Source of the DNA: an uncultured Bifidobacteriaceae bacterium
GTDB taxonomy: Bacteria > Actinomycetota > Actinomycetes > S36-B12
Direction: 5' to 3'
Length of the DNA stretch: 53,453 nt
Assembly: GCA_964391765.1 (NCBI GenBank)
Contig: CAYMNG010000001.1
Location: 25,812-79,264 of the forward strand
In this document: piece by piece, positions 9,074 through 17,279 of the stretch
How the letters are laid out: each line of letters begins with the position of its first letter
Position numbering within the stretch: position 1 is the first letter of the stretch
Made by a program: the position numbers and the translations under genes
Notes under the pieces: model-generated
What the model saw: the letters and a program-made list of their open reading frames with translations, nothing else
Told to the model about the DNA's origin: nothing
Databases searched by the model: none

Positions 9074-10261
9074 TCAACTCCTCTTGAACAGCGACTTCTT
9101 CGCCGGCTTCGCCGCCTGGGCGCCGGCCGCGCTCGCGGACACCGACGAGGATCGCCGCAGCTTCGCGGCCAGGTCGGCGAACGCCTTGGCCACGGCGTGC
9201 CGTGGGTTCGCCTCCACGACGGTCACACCCTCGTTCAGCCGGGCCGGGACCTCGACGCTGGAGGGGACCTCGACGGTGATCGGCACCCCGATCGTGCGCT
9301 CGACGTCGGCCGCGGTCAGGCCGACCTTGGACCCGCCGCGGTTGAGGACGACGTTCCACTTGCTGCGCGGGAAGCCGAGGTTGTCCAAGGTGTCGAGGGT
9401 CACCTTCAGGTTCTTCAGCGCCGGCATGTCGAGGGTCGTCAGCAGGACGTACGCGTCGGCCATGTCGAAGGTCTTCAGGACGACGTCGGTGAACGCCGGC
9501 GGCGCGTCGACGATGACGTAGTCGTACATGTCGGCCAGGACGCGCAGGATCTCCCCGGCCAGCGCCGCGGACACGAACTCCGCGTCGGCCGGCTTCGTCG
9601 GGGCGAGCAGGCAGTCCAGCCGGGCCTTGTACGGCACGACCAACGAGGACATCGCCCGCTCGTCGAGGCCGCCCTGCATGCCCAGCGCGTCGCTGATCGT
9701 CTTCGCCGGATCGAGTTGGAGGGCGATCGCGATGTCACCGGTCTCCAGGTCGAAGTCGACCAGCGCGACCGAGGAGTTCTCCCCGTCCAGGCTCAGCGCG
9801 GCGGCGAGGTTCGTCGAGATCGTCGTCTTGCCGCAGCCGCCCTTGGAGGAGAAGACCAGGATGATCTTCCCGGTGCGGCCACCGGGACCGCCGGTCTCGA
9901 CGTTGCGCAGCTGCTGGGACACCGCGACCGACCGCTTGCACGCCCCGACGAGGGACTCCACGTCGTCGGCGAGCACGACCTCGCGGATGCCGGCGCGCAG
10001 CGCCTCGGCCATCGTCGAGACCTCCATCCGGCGGCGCAGCAGGACGACGCCGAGGAACGGCCGGCGCAGCCGGTAGGTCTCCGCCACCTCCGTCGCGACC
10101 GCCATCGACACGTCCGGGCCGACGACGACGAGGTCCTCGTCGGGGTGGTTGTCGAGGTAGGCGTCGAGCTTCTGCGCGGTCTCGACGACGTCGACGTCGT
10201 CGGCCAACGTGAACCGGAACCGGTCGGCGTCGCGATCGGTGTCGCCGAGAACAACAGGCAC
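9074..10261 (-). CDS. CpaE/TadZ-like ParA/MinD-family ATPase with an N-terminal receiver-like domain
   Basis: ORF 9074..10402, trimmed to the GTG at 10261, which follows GAGGGG. The upstream part would overlap cpaB. A deviant Walker A SSKGGCGKTT is present. Confidence 0.8.
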   Translation of the reverse strand: MPVVLGDTDRDADRFRFTLADDVDVVETAQKLDAYLDNHPDEDLVVVGPDVSMAVATEVAETYRLRRPFLGVVLLRRRMEVSTMAEALRAGIREVVLADDVESLVGACKRSVAVSQQLRNVETGGPGGRTGKIILVFSSKGGCGKTTISTNLAAALSLDGENSSVALVDFDLETGDIAIALQLDPAKTISDALGMQGGLDERAMSSLVVPYKARLDCLLAPTKPADAEFVSAALAGEILRVLADMYDYVIVDAPPAFTDVVLKTFDMADAYVLLTTLDMPALKNLKVTLDTLDNLGFPRSKWNVVLNRGGSKVGLTAADVERTIGVPITVEVPSSVEVPARLNEGVTVVEANPRHAVAKAFADLAAKLRRSSSVSASAAGAQAAKPAKKSLFKRS

Positions 10262-10286
10262 GGTGATTCCCCTCGAGTCGTGCGGG

Positions 10287-11021
10287 TTAGTCGAACAGGT
10301 TGCCTTCGGTGGTGCCGGCGTTCGTCTGGATCTGCGTCCCCTCGCCCAACAGGCCGAGGTACAACGAACCGAACTGGCTGGCGTAGATAACCTTCTCGGC
10401 ATCGGCCTGGCTCAGCGCGAGCGTGAGGAGGGCCGACGGCGCCTGCGCACCGGCCGACCCGTCCGGGTTGGTCGTCGCGGTCGCCGAGGTCGAGTCCCCG
10501 ACAGCGATCACCATCACCTTGGGCAGGAGGACGCGAACGACCGAGCCGGCGGTGTTCTTGCCCTGCTCGGTGTAGGTGTTGAAGATGACGACCTCGGATC
10601 CGGGTCGGACGAAGTTCCCGACCCGCTGCGGATCGCCGAGGGAGATCGAGATGGCCACCATCCCGTCGGGCACCGGCACCGCCTCGACCTTCGGCAGCTC
10701 CGCGACGAAGTTGCTGGTCAGCAGGATCTGGCCCGGGCTCACCGTGTTCAGGGCCAGCAGGCCGGTGTTCTCGGCCGTGACCGCGGTGATCGATCCGGTC
10801 GGGGCCATGGTCGAGGGGACCTGGGTCGACTCGACCAGACCCCCGGCCACGGCGTCGCCCAGCGGCATCCCCGCCGGGATCGTGCCCGTGGTGACCAGCA
10901 CCGACACCGGCTGCTGCTCGTCCAGGACTCGCTGCTCGGCACCACGCGTGTAGAAGAACACGATGCCCGCGGCGACGACCGCGAGCGCGACGGCCAAGAC
11001 GATTGGCAGCACCTTCTTCAT
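10287..11021 (-). CDS. cpaB: Flp pilus assembly protein CpaB/RcpC (SAF domain)
   Basis: 244 aa with an N-terminal TM anchor. The layout (single anchor, beta-rich body, ALLTLALSQADAEKV) and its position between flp and cpaE fit CpaB. Confidence 0.8.
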   Translation of the reverse strand: MKKVLPIVLAVALAVVAAGIVFFYTRGAEQRVLDEQQPVSVLVTTGTIPAGMPLGDAVAGGLVESTQVPSTMAPTGSITAVTAENTGLLALNTVSPGQILLTSNFVAELPKVEAVPVPDGMVAISISLGDPQRVGNFVRPGSEVVIFNTYTEQGKNTAGSVVRVLLPKVMVIAVGDSTSATATTNPDGSAGAQAPSALLTLALSQADAEKVIYASQFGSLYLGLLGEGTQIQTNAGTTEGNLFD

Positions 11022-11160
11022 GGATCCACCCTATCCGCGTTCATTGCCCCGATTCCCCCTTACTCCTGTGCCGCCCGCCGCGTGGTCGCGACCGCACCTC
11101 GTCGCACAGGCTAGACCCCGGCGCCCGCTGGTGTGCGGTACTACGACCCGGACACAGACG

Positions 11161-11199
11161 CAGATTGGGGGCCGGCGCCGGGCGCCGGCCCCCAATCTG
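11161..11199 (-). terminator. strong hairpin downstream of flp (attenuator/terminator candidate)
   Basis: Perfect 18-bp stem CAGATTGGGGGCCGGCGC / GCGCCGGCCCCCAATCTG with a 3-nt loop. It lies 26 nt after the flp stop and before cpaB. Confidence 0.6.
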
Positions 11200-11224
11200 T
11201 CGATGCCTGCGAACGCAGTACCGA

Positions 11225-11425
11225 CTAGGAGACGCTCTGCGCGACTCGGTTGAAGATGCCGCTGAGGTTACGGCCGAGCAGGGCGACCGCGACGATGATG
11301 ATCACCGCGATCAGTGCGACGATCAGGCCGTACTCGACTGCGGTGGCGCCGCGGTCGCGGGACTCCATGATCTCCTGCTTCTTCTGCAGCATCAGGACGT
11401 GTGCCTTCATGGCGAGGGTCTTCAT
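11225..11425 (-). CDS. flp: Flp-family type IVb pilin precursor
   Basis: ORF 11225..11497, trimmed to MKTLAMK... It has the Flp processing motif RG/ATAVEYGLIVALIAV followed by a hydrophobic helix. Length is 66 aa. Confidence 0.85.
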   Translation of the reverse strand: MKTLAMKAHVLMLQKKQEIMESRDRGATAVEYGLIVALIAVIIIVAVALLGRNLSGIFNRVAQSVS

Positions 11426-11610
11426 CTGGTTCTCACTCCCTGGATCGAGGTGGCCCCGTCGGTCACCTGCTTGGTTTGCCGTGCTCGTGGATCGCAATCT
11501 TGGGATTCACGTCCGTTCCGTCTGCCTCGTACCTTTCCCCCGTCAGTTCACGAATGCCTCTCATCGCTCTCCCGGACGGTGCTCATCCGCGCCGTCGATC
11601 CGCGGGCGCG

Positions 11611-12486
11611 TCAGGCGTCGGTGGTCACCTCCGCCTCGCCGTCGACGACGATCTGCCCGCGGCCACCGGCCTTGGCGGAGTACAGCGCCCGCCCGGCGCG
11701 GGAGATGACGTCCTCGAGCTCTTGGTCCGGCGCCCACAGTGCCGCCCCGATCGAGACCGACGCCGGGATAGGCCCGACGGTCGTGCGGATCGGATTGCTG
11801 TTCACCGACGCGATCACGCGCTGCAGGGCCGGCCGGGCCGCCTGCGGCTCGGCGAGGACCGCGAGGAGGAACTCGTCGCCGTCCCATCGGGCCACGGTGT
11901 CGTGGGCCGGCAGCGCGTGCCGGAGCCGGCCGGCCACCGCCTGCAAGAACTCGTCGCCGACGTCGCTGCCGTACTGCTCGTTGACCCCCTTGAACAGGTC
12001 GCAGTCGACGAACGCGATGAGGCGGTCGCCGGCCGAGTTCCGCGGCCCCAGCGCGCGGATCGCCCCGCGGCGGTTGAGCAGTCCGGTCATCGAGTCGGTG
12101 TCCGCCTGGGTGTGCAACTGGAACTGCACGGACTTGCGGCGCTCGATCGGCGCGGCCTGGATCGACGCCGGTGTCGCACGCAGCCGACTGGCGACCACGG
12201 CGACCGCGGCGAAGACGACCAGCGCGATCAGCGGGACGACGCTGTCCGTCGTCGGTTCGTCCGTCGGCAGGAAGGTGAGCACCAGGCCGGCGACGAACGA
12301 CACGACCGCCACGAGGGCGGTGAACGGGATTCCGGCGAAGACGGCCGACAGCACCGGGACCACGACCATGAGCGCCACGTAGGTGGCGTGCTGGCCGGTC
12401 GCGATCCCCAGCGCGAACAGCACGACGAGGACGACGAGCGGGATGACGACCCCCCGGGTCACTTCGGACCTTCGGCTGCTGTTCAC
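11611..12486 (-). CDS. membrane-anchored GGDEF-domain protein with variant DGDEF active-site motif
   Basis: 291 aa with 3-4 TM helices. The GGDEF domain shows DSMTGLLNRRG, then RWDGDEFLL where RxGGDEF is expected. Confidence 0.8.
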   Translation of the reverse strand: MNSSRRSEVTRGVVIPLVVLVVLFALGIATGQHATYVALMVVVPVLSAVFAGIPFTALVAVVSFVAGLVLTFLPTDEPTTDSVVPLIALVVFAAVAVVASRLRATPASIQAAPIERRKSVQFQLHTQADTDSMTGLLNRRGAIRALGPRNSAGDRLIAFVDCDLFKGVNEQYGSDVGDEFLQAVAGRLRHALPAHDTVARWDGDEFLLAVLAEPQAARPALQRVIASVNSNPIRTTVGPIPASVSIGAALWAPDQELEDVISRAGRALYSAKAGGRGQIVVDGEAEVTTDA

Positions 12487-12677
12487 GGCTCTCCCCTGTC
12501 CTGGCGACGATCGCGCGGCAGTCTACGCCGGGAGAGTGCCGATTCGTGGGTCACTTCGGCAGCGACCCGCCGACGGCCCCGCGGCGCGGCCCGGGCCGGC
12601 AACTAGGGACTTTGGTCCTGCCGACCCGGACCCGACTGCCGTGGCTCGCCCCGGTGCACGCGGGGCATCCTTGGGTG

Positions 12678-13583
12678 ATGACCGATCAGACCCCGTTCGC
12701 CGGCCGCGTCGTCGTCGGCTTCGACGGCTCGCCGACCTCTCGTCAGGCCACCGACTGGGCCGCGGCCGAAGCCCGCGCGCGCGGACGCGGACTCGGCCTC
12801 GTCCACGCCCTGCTGCCGCCGGTCACGACCGGCGGGCTCGGGGTCGGTCTTCCGCCGAGTCTGGACGTGATCGACACGCTGGAGCGGACCGCGAGCGAGG
12901 AACTGGACCGGACCGCCGCGTCGCTGTCCGGACTCGACGTCACCACGACGGTCGCGATCGGGTCGCCCAGCGCGGTCCTGCTGGCGGCCTCGGAGACCGC
13001 CGATCTCGTCGTGGTCGGTTCGCGCGGGCGCGGCGGGTTCACCGGGCTGCTGCTCGGCTCGGTCGGCGCGCAGGTCGCCGCGCACGCCAGCTGCCCCGTC
13101 GTGGTGTTCCGCGCCGCGCCGGCGCAGACGGCGAACCGGGTCGTCGTCGGCGTCGACGGATCGGTCGCCGGGGCCGCCGCGCTGGAGTTCGCCTTCGACG
13201 CCGCGAGCCGCCGCGGCAGTTCGATCCTGGCCGTGCACGCATGGGACGTCCCGTCCTACGACCTGATCGTCATGCCGGACGGTCCGGTGCCACTGCCCCT
13301 CGCCGACGTCGCCGACGACGAGGTCCGGCTCGCGGCGGAGGCACTGGCCGGATTCCGCGAGGCGTACCCCGATGTCGAGGTCGAGGAGCGGCTCACCCGC
13401 TCGCCCGCGGTCCGCGCGCTCGTCGACGCGTCCGCCGACGCGGCGCTGCTCGTCGTCGGCACGCGCGGGCGCTCACCGGCGTTGGGCGCGCTGCTCGGTT
13501 CGGTCAGCAACGGCGTCCTCCACCGCGCCCGCGTCCCCGTCGCCGTCGTGGGTCCGGCCGCGCACGAGGCGAGCGCCGCATGA
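12678..13583 (+). CDS. tandem universal stress protein (two UspA domains)
   Basis: ORF 12546..13583, trimmed to the ATG at 12678 (MTDQTPFAGRVVVGFDGS). There are two copies of the VVGxDGS ... VVGSRGRGGFTGLLLGSV type motif. Confidence 0.85.
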   Translation: MTDQTPFAGRVVVGFDGSPTSRQATDWAAAEARARGRGLGLVHALLPPVTTGGLGVGLPPSLDVIDTLERTASEELDRTAASLSGLDVTTTVAIGSPSAVLLAASETADLVVVGSRGRGGFTGLLLGSVGAQVAAHASCPVVVFRAAPAQTANRVVVGVDGSVAGAAALEFAFDAASRRGSSILAVHAWDVPSYDLIVMPDGPVPLPLADVADDEVRLAAEALAGFREAYPDVEVEERLTRSPAVRALVDASADAALLVVGTRGRSPALGALLGSVSNGVLHRARVPVAVVGPAAHEASAA

Positions 13584-13990
13584 GCGCCGCGTTCGAGTCC
13601 GGTCGTGGTGTCCTCATCGGCGAACTGATGTCCCGGCCGGTCCTGACCGTCGAGGTCGACGAGTCGTTGTGGGACGCCTGGCAACTGCTGTTCGTCTCCG
13701 GGCTGCGGCACCTCGTTGTCCTCGACACCGAGGGCTCGACGGTGGGCGTCATCAGCGACCGCAACATCTTGTCCGAGGTCCCGGCGACCGCGGACCACCT
13801 GGGGTCGCGGTTCGTGCGGGACGTGCTGCCGATGGTCCCCCTCGTCGCGGTCACCCCGACCGACGACCCGATGACCGCCGCCCGCGCGATGGCGGCCAGG
13901 GCGATCGAGGCGGTTCCGGTGCTCGACGCCGGCGGGCACCTGGTCGGGATCGTCACGGAGTCCGACATCGTCCGGTGGCTGGGGTCCTGA
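13580..13990 (+). CDS. CBS-domain pair protein
   Basis: The ATG at 13580 overlaps the usp TGA (ATGA). 136 aa with two CBS-like repeats (GVISDRNIL..., GIVTESDIV). Confidence 0.75.
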   Translation: MSAAFESGRGVLIGELMSRPVLTVEVDESLWDAWQLLFVSGLRHLVVLDTEGSTVGVISDRNILSEVPATADHLGSRFVRDVLPMVPLVAVTPTDDPMTAARAMAARAIEAVPVLDAGGHLVGIVTESDIVRWLGS

Positions 13991-14062
13991 CGACCTCGCC
14001 GCACCGTGTCGACCGACGCGTGCCGACTGACGCGGGTCAACCGACCTCGTAGGGTGCGGGCC

Positions 14063-14716
14063 ATGGCAGTGAGCGCGGACCGGCTCGTGTGGATCGACTG
14101 CGAGATGACCGGACTGGACCCCCGACGTGACGAGATCGTCGAGATCGCCTGCATCGTCACCGAGGCGGACCTCACCGAGGTGGACGCCGGGATCACGGTC
14201 GTGGTCAAGCCCGACGACGCGCCGCTGGCCGCGATGGACGACGTCGTGGTGCGGATGCACACCGAGTCGGGTCTGCTGGCGCAGATCCCGGACGGCATCA
14301 CCGTCGCCGAGGCGCAGGAGCGCGTGCTCGCGTACGTCCTCGGCCACGTGCCGGACGCCCGCAAGGCCCCGCTCGCGGGGTCCAGCGTGTACGTCGACCG
14401 GGGGTTCCTCGCTCGCTACATGCCCGACCTCGACGCCCACCTGCACTACCGCGTGATCGACGTCTCGACGGTCAAGGAACTCGCCCGACGGTGGTACCCC
14501 CGGGTCTACTTCGCCACCCCGCAGAAGACGGGCAACCACCGGGCCTTGGCGGACATCCGCGAGTCGATCGCGGAGCTGCGGTACTACCGCGACGCGATGC
14601 TCGTCCCGCACCCCGGACCGGACTCCGCGACCGTGCAGGCCCTCGCGAAGGCCCACGTCGTCGACCACGACGCCGCCGTCGTCCCCGGGTCCGGGGAAGC
14701 GGCCGGTCCGGGATAG
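14063..14716 (+). CDS. orn: oligoribonuclease
   Basis: ORF 14006..14716, trimmed to the ATG at 14063. DEDDh motifs are present: LVWIDCEMTGLD, GSSVYVDRGFL and HRALADI. Confidence 0.9.
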   Translation: MAVSADRLVWIDCEMTGLDPRRDEIVEIACIVTEADLTEVDAGITVVVKPDDAPLAAMDDVVVRMHTESGLLAQIPDGITVAEAQERVLAYVLGHVPDARKAPLAGSSVYVDRGFLARYMPDLDAHLHYRVIDVSTVKELARRWYPRVYFATPQKTGNHRALADIRESIAELRYYRDAMLVPHPGPDSATVQALAKAHVVDHDAAVVPGSGEAAGPG

Positions 14717-14742
14717 ACTCACGCGTCCGCTCCGTGCGGCAT

Positions 14743-14819
14743 GGTGGGTGTAGCTCAGTTGGTAGAGCACCTGGTTGTGGTCCAGGTGGTCGCGGGTTCA
14801 AGTCCCGTCACTCACCCCA
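14743..14819 (+). tRNA. tRNA-His (GTG anticodon), with encoded G-1 and CCA
   Basis: Manual fold: G-1 opposite C73; acceptor GTGGGTG/CACTCAC; D arm GCTCAGTTGGTAGAGC; anticodon stem CCTGG/CCAGG with loop TTGTGGT; T arm GCGGGTTCAAGTCCCGT. Confidence 0.9.
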
Positions 14820-14912
14820 CCCCCGTTTCTCCCGCTTTGCGGGACGGGCGGGCAGTTGGGGGCCAGATCCGGCATCCAGGTGCCCGGGGGTCCCACTCAC
14901 GGCCGGGGTCCG

Positions 14913-15176
14913 TCACGAATAGGCGTCACGCCGATGACGGATGCTGACCACTCGGACTGCGACACGGTCCTCGTGAATCGTGTAGATGACACGGAACTCC
15001 CCTCGCCGGGCGGCGTAGAAGCCAGCCAACGCGTCGCGGAGCGACTTGCCCACACGATGCGGGTTCTCGGCCAGCGGCCCGAAGACGAACTCGACACAGG
15101 CCGCCGCCACCGCTTCGGGCAGGTCAGCGTCCAAGGCTCGCCGCGCTCGCGGCGACAGGTAGATCGCGTAGGTCAC
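14913..15176 (-). CDS. type II toxin, RelE/ParE family
   Basis: ORF 14913..15233, trimmed to the GTG at 15176, which overlaps the antitoxin TGA (GTGA). 87 aa: YAIYLSPRARRALD...PHRVGKSLRDALAGFYAARRGEFRVIYTIHEDRVAVRVVSIRHRRDAY. Confidence 0.8.
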   Translation of the reverse strand: MTYAIYLSPRARRALDADLPEAVAAACVEFVFGPLAENPHRVGKSLRDALAGFYAARRGEFRVIYTIHEDRVAVRVVSIRHRRDAYS

Positions 15177-15454
15177 GAAGGCAAGCGGCCTGCCGCGCGA
15201 AACTCGGCCCTGACGACATCCCCGGGGATCCACTGCTCATCTGTCAGGGATGCGGCCTCGCGGAGGTCGGCCATCGTCGCGGCATCACCCAAGATGTCGA
15301 GGGTCTCCATCAGGGAGTCGTAGTCGTCGGCGCTCATCAGGACCGCTGCGCGACGACCGTTCTTGGTCACCTCGACCCGCTGGTGGGTGCGCTCTGCTTC
15401 CTCGACCAACTTCGAGAGGTTGGCGCGCACGTCGGCGATCGGCAGGGTCGTCAT
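15173..15454 (-). CDS. type II antitoxin, Phd/YefM family
   Basis: ORF 15173..15478, trimmed to MTTLPIADVRANLSKLVEEAERTHQRVEVTKNGRRAAVLMSADDYDSLMETLDIL, the typical YefM N-terminal fold signature. Confidence 0.8.
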   Translation of the reverse strand: MTTLPIADVRANLSKLVEEAERTHQRVEVTKNGRRAAVLMSADDYDSLMETLDILGDAATMADLREAASLTDEQWIPGDVVRAEFRAAGRLPS

Positions 15455-15825
15455 GTACACGATTCTAGCGCGAATCATGCCCGGCCAGACGTTGACGAGC
15501 CGGGCCTACGGACGAGTCCCGGCGGTCGTCACGTGGCCACCGACCTCGTCGCCCGCGCCCAGTTCGCGGACCCTTCGATGCGTTCGGCGCGCTGCGGCGA
15601 AGGCGCTCGCAGGTCGAGTACCCGCGCTACCGCGGCGACATCGCGACCGAAGCGGAGGCCACCGAGGCGCTCGCACAGGACCCCGCGATCCATGATGTTG
15701 CGAGCGAGTTTCTGCCCACCCTGACCCTGTGCCAGACCCCGGCGAACCACCCCCGTCCGAATCGCTGACCGGCGACCGCCGCGCAGGTGCCGGACCGAGC
15801 CTGGCGGCGTGGTTGACCTCCCACC

Positions 15826-16185
15826 GTGGTCGCCCTAATCTACAACCTCATGGTTGTAGATTCGACGTTCAGCGACGACGAGGTGGACCGGATCTTCCGG
15901 GCACTCGCCGACGGGACCCGTCGGGACATCCTGCGGCGCACGATCGGGGCCGAGTGGTCGGTCACCGAACTCGCGGCGCAGTACGACATGTCGTTCGCTG
16001 CGGTGCAGAAGCACGTCGCGGTGCTCGAGTCCGCGCACCTGGTGACCAAACGGACCAACGGCCGCGAGCGGCTCGTGCGGACGAAACCAGCCACCATCAC
16101 GCGCGCGCAGCGTCTGCTCGACGCGTACCAGGACCTGTGGCGCGACCGCGTCGACCGCATCGACGCACTGCTGACCGAGGACTGA
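15826..16185 (+). CDS. ArsR/SmtB-family winged-helix transcriptional regulator
   Basis: 119 aa from the GTG at 15826 (ATG 15850 is an alternative). HTH segment: RIFRALADGTRRDILRRT...VTELAAQYDMSFAAVQKHVAVLESAHLV. Confidence 0.8.
   Translation: MVALIYNLMVVDSTFSDDEVDRIFRALADGTRRDILRRTIGAEWSVTELAAQYDMSFAAVQKHVAVLESAHLVTKRTNGRERLVRTKPATITRAQRLLDAYQDLWRDRVDRIDALLTED
15838..15861. promoter_or_regulatory. perfect 10-4-10 inverted repeat, candidate ArsR-family operator
   Basis: ATCTACAACC-TCAT-GGTTGTAGAT. It is centred on the in-frame ATG at 15850 of the ArsR gene. Confidence 0.45.
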
Positions 16186-16246
16186 GAACCGGACCCGACA
16201 ACCGGCGCTCGATCCTGACACCCGTCCCCACCCCGCGGAGGAACCC

Positions 16247-17230
16247 ATGCCCGTCACCGAGATCACCAGCGATCCCGCCGCCTTGACGATGACGATCCGG
16301 GCCGAGTTCGACGCCCCGCTCGAACGCGTATGGGCCACGTTCACGAACCCGCGCCAACTCGAACGGTTCTGGGGCCCGCCGGGGTGGCCCGCCACGTTCA
16401 CCGCGTTCGACCTCGCGCCCGGGGGGATCGCCCACTACTTCATGACGTCGCCGACCGGGGAGAGGCACCACGGTAGGTGGGAGTTCCTCCGGATCGACGG
16501 TCCGAACGGTTTCGAGGTGCTCGACGGCTTCACCGACGCCACCGGCAACCTGCTGGCCGGGATGCCGGTCATGCGGATGGTGTTCGCGTTCGCGTCGAGC
16601 GCCGAGGTGACGCGGTTCGTCGGCGTCACGCACTTCGACTCGCTCGAGGCGCTCGAGCAGACGATCGCGATGGGGGCCGTCGAGGGCACGCGGATGGCGA
16701 TGGCCCAACTCGACGCCGTGTTGCAGGACTTGCGCGAGTACGCACTCGGCAAGGGCACCCGCGTGGAGGTGCTGGACGACGAACACGTGCGCATCACCCG
16801 CCTGGTCCGTGGCCCACGTGCCCTCGTGTGGCGGGCGCACACCGAGCCGGACCTCATCCGGCAGTGGATGCTCGGGCCGGACGGCTGGCGGATGAGCGTG
16901 TGCGACGTCGACCTCACGGTGGGCGGGAAGTACCGATTCGCGTGGGAGCCGATCGGCGACCACCCCGGGCAGGCCTTCGGCTTCGAGGGCGAACACCTCG
17001 TCCTCGACCCGCCGCGGCGCGGCGTATCGACCGAGCGGATGACCGGCACCGATCTGCCGGGCACCGTCAACGATCTGCACCTGTACGAGGAGGACGGCGC
17101 GACGTTGATCACCGTCCTGATCACCTTCCCGGACGCCACGACCCGCGACCTGGTCCTCGCCACCGGCATGGTCGACGGGATGGAGGCCAGCTACGCCCGG
17201 CTCGAGCGCGAGATCCTCGTGCGCGGGTGA
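16247..17230 (+). CDS. tandem SRPBCC/AHSA1-like (START superfamily) protein
   Basis: 327 aa with two repeats of the pattern FDAPxERVWxxxTxPxxLxxWxGP. This type is commonly paired with ArsR regulators. Confidence 0.75.
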   Translation: MPVTEITSDPAALTMTIRAEFDAPLERVWATFTNPRQLERFWGPPGWPATFTAFDLAPGGIAHYFMTSPTGERHHGRWEFLRIDGPNGFEVLDGFTDATGNLLAGMPVMRMVFAFASSAEVTRFVGVTHFDSLEALEQTIAMGAVEGTRMAMAQLDAVLQDLREYALGKGTRVEVLDDEHVRITRLVRGPRALVWRAHTEPDLIRQWMLGPDGWRMSVCDVDLTVGGKYRFAWEPIGDHPGQAFGFEGEHLVLDPPRRGVSTERMTGTDLPGTVNDLHLYEEDGATLITVLITFPDATTRDLVLATGMVDGMEASYARLEREILVRG

Positions 17231-17279
17231 CCTTTGCCGATCGTCGGGCGACGACGCCCGCGCCGAGCGGCAGTCCTGC

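Noticed and set aside
14889-14904. A partial echo of the tRNA-His 3' end (GGTCCCACTCACGG versus AGTCCCGTCACTCACC) as an att site.
   Set aside because: It is too short and imperfect, and it lies between the tRNA and the toxin-antitoxin module rather than at the far end of a putative island.
14741-14947. ORFs overlapping tRNA-His (14741..14947 and 14775..15323) and tRNA-Lys (46177..46401, minus strand).
   Set aside because: They are read through structured tRNA genes and have no coding features, so they are artefacts.
15529-15750. A 73-aa minus-strand ORF (MVRRGLAQGQGGQKLARNIMDRG...) as a third toxin-antitoxin component or an integrase fragment.
   Set aside because: There is no recognisable motif, start context or ribosome-binding site, and competing ORFs occupy all frames. 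It is treated as non-coding or decayed sequence.
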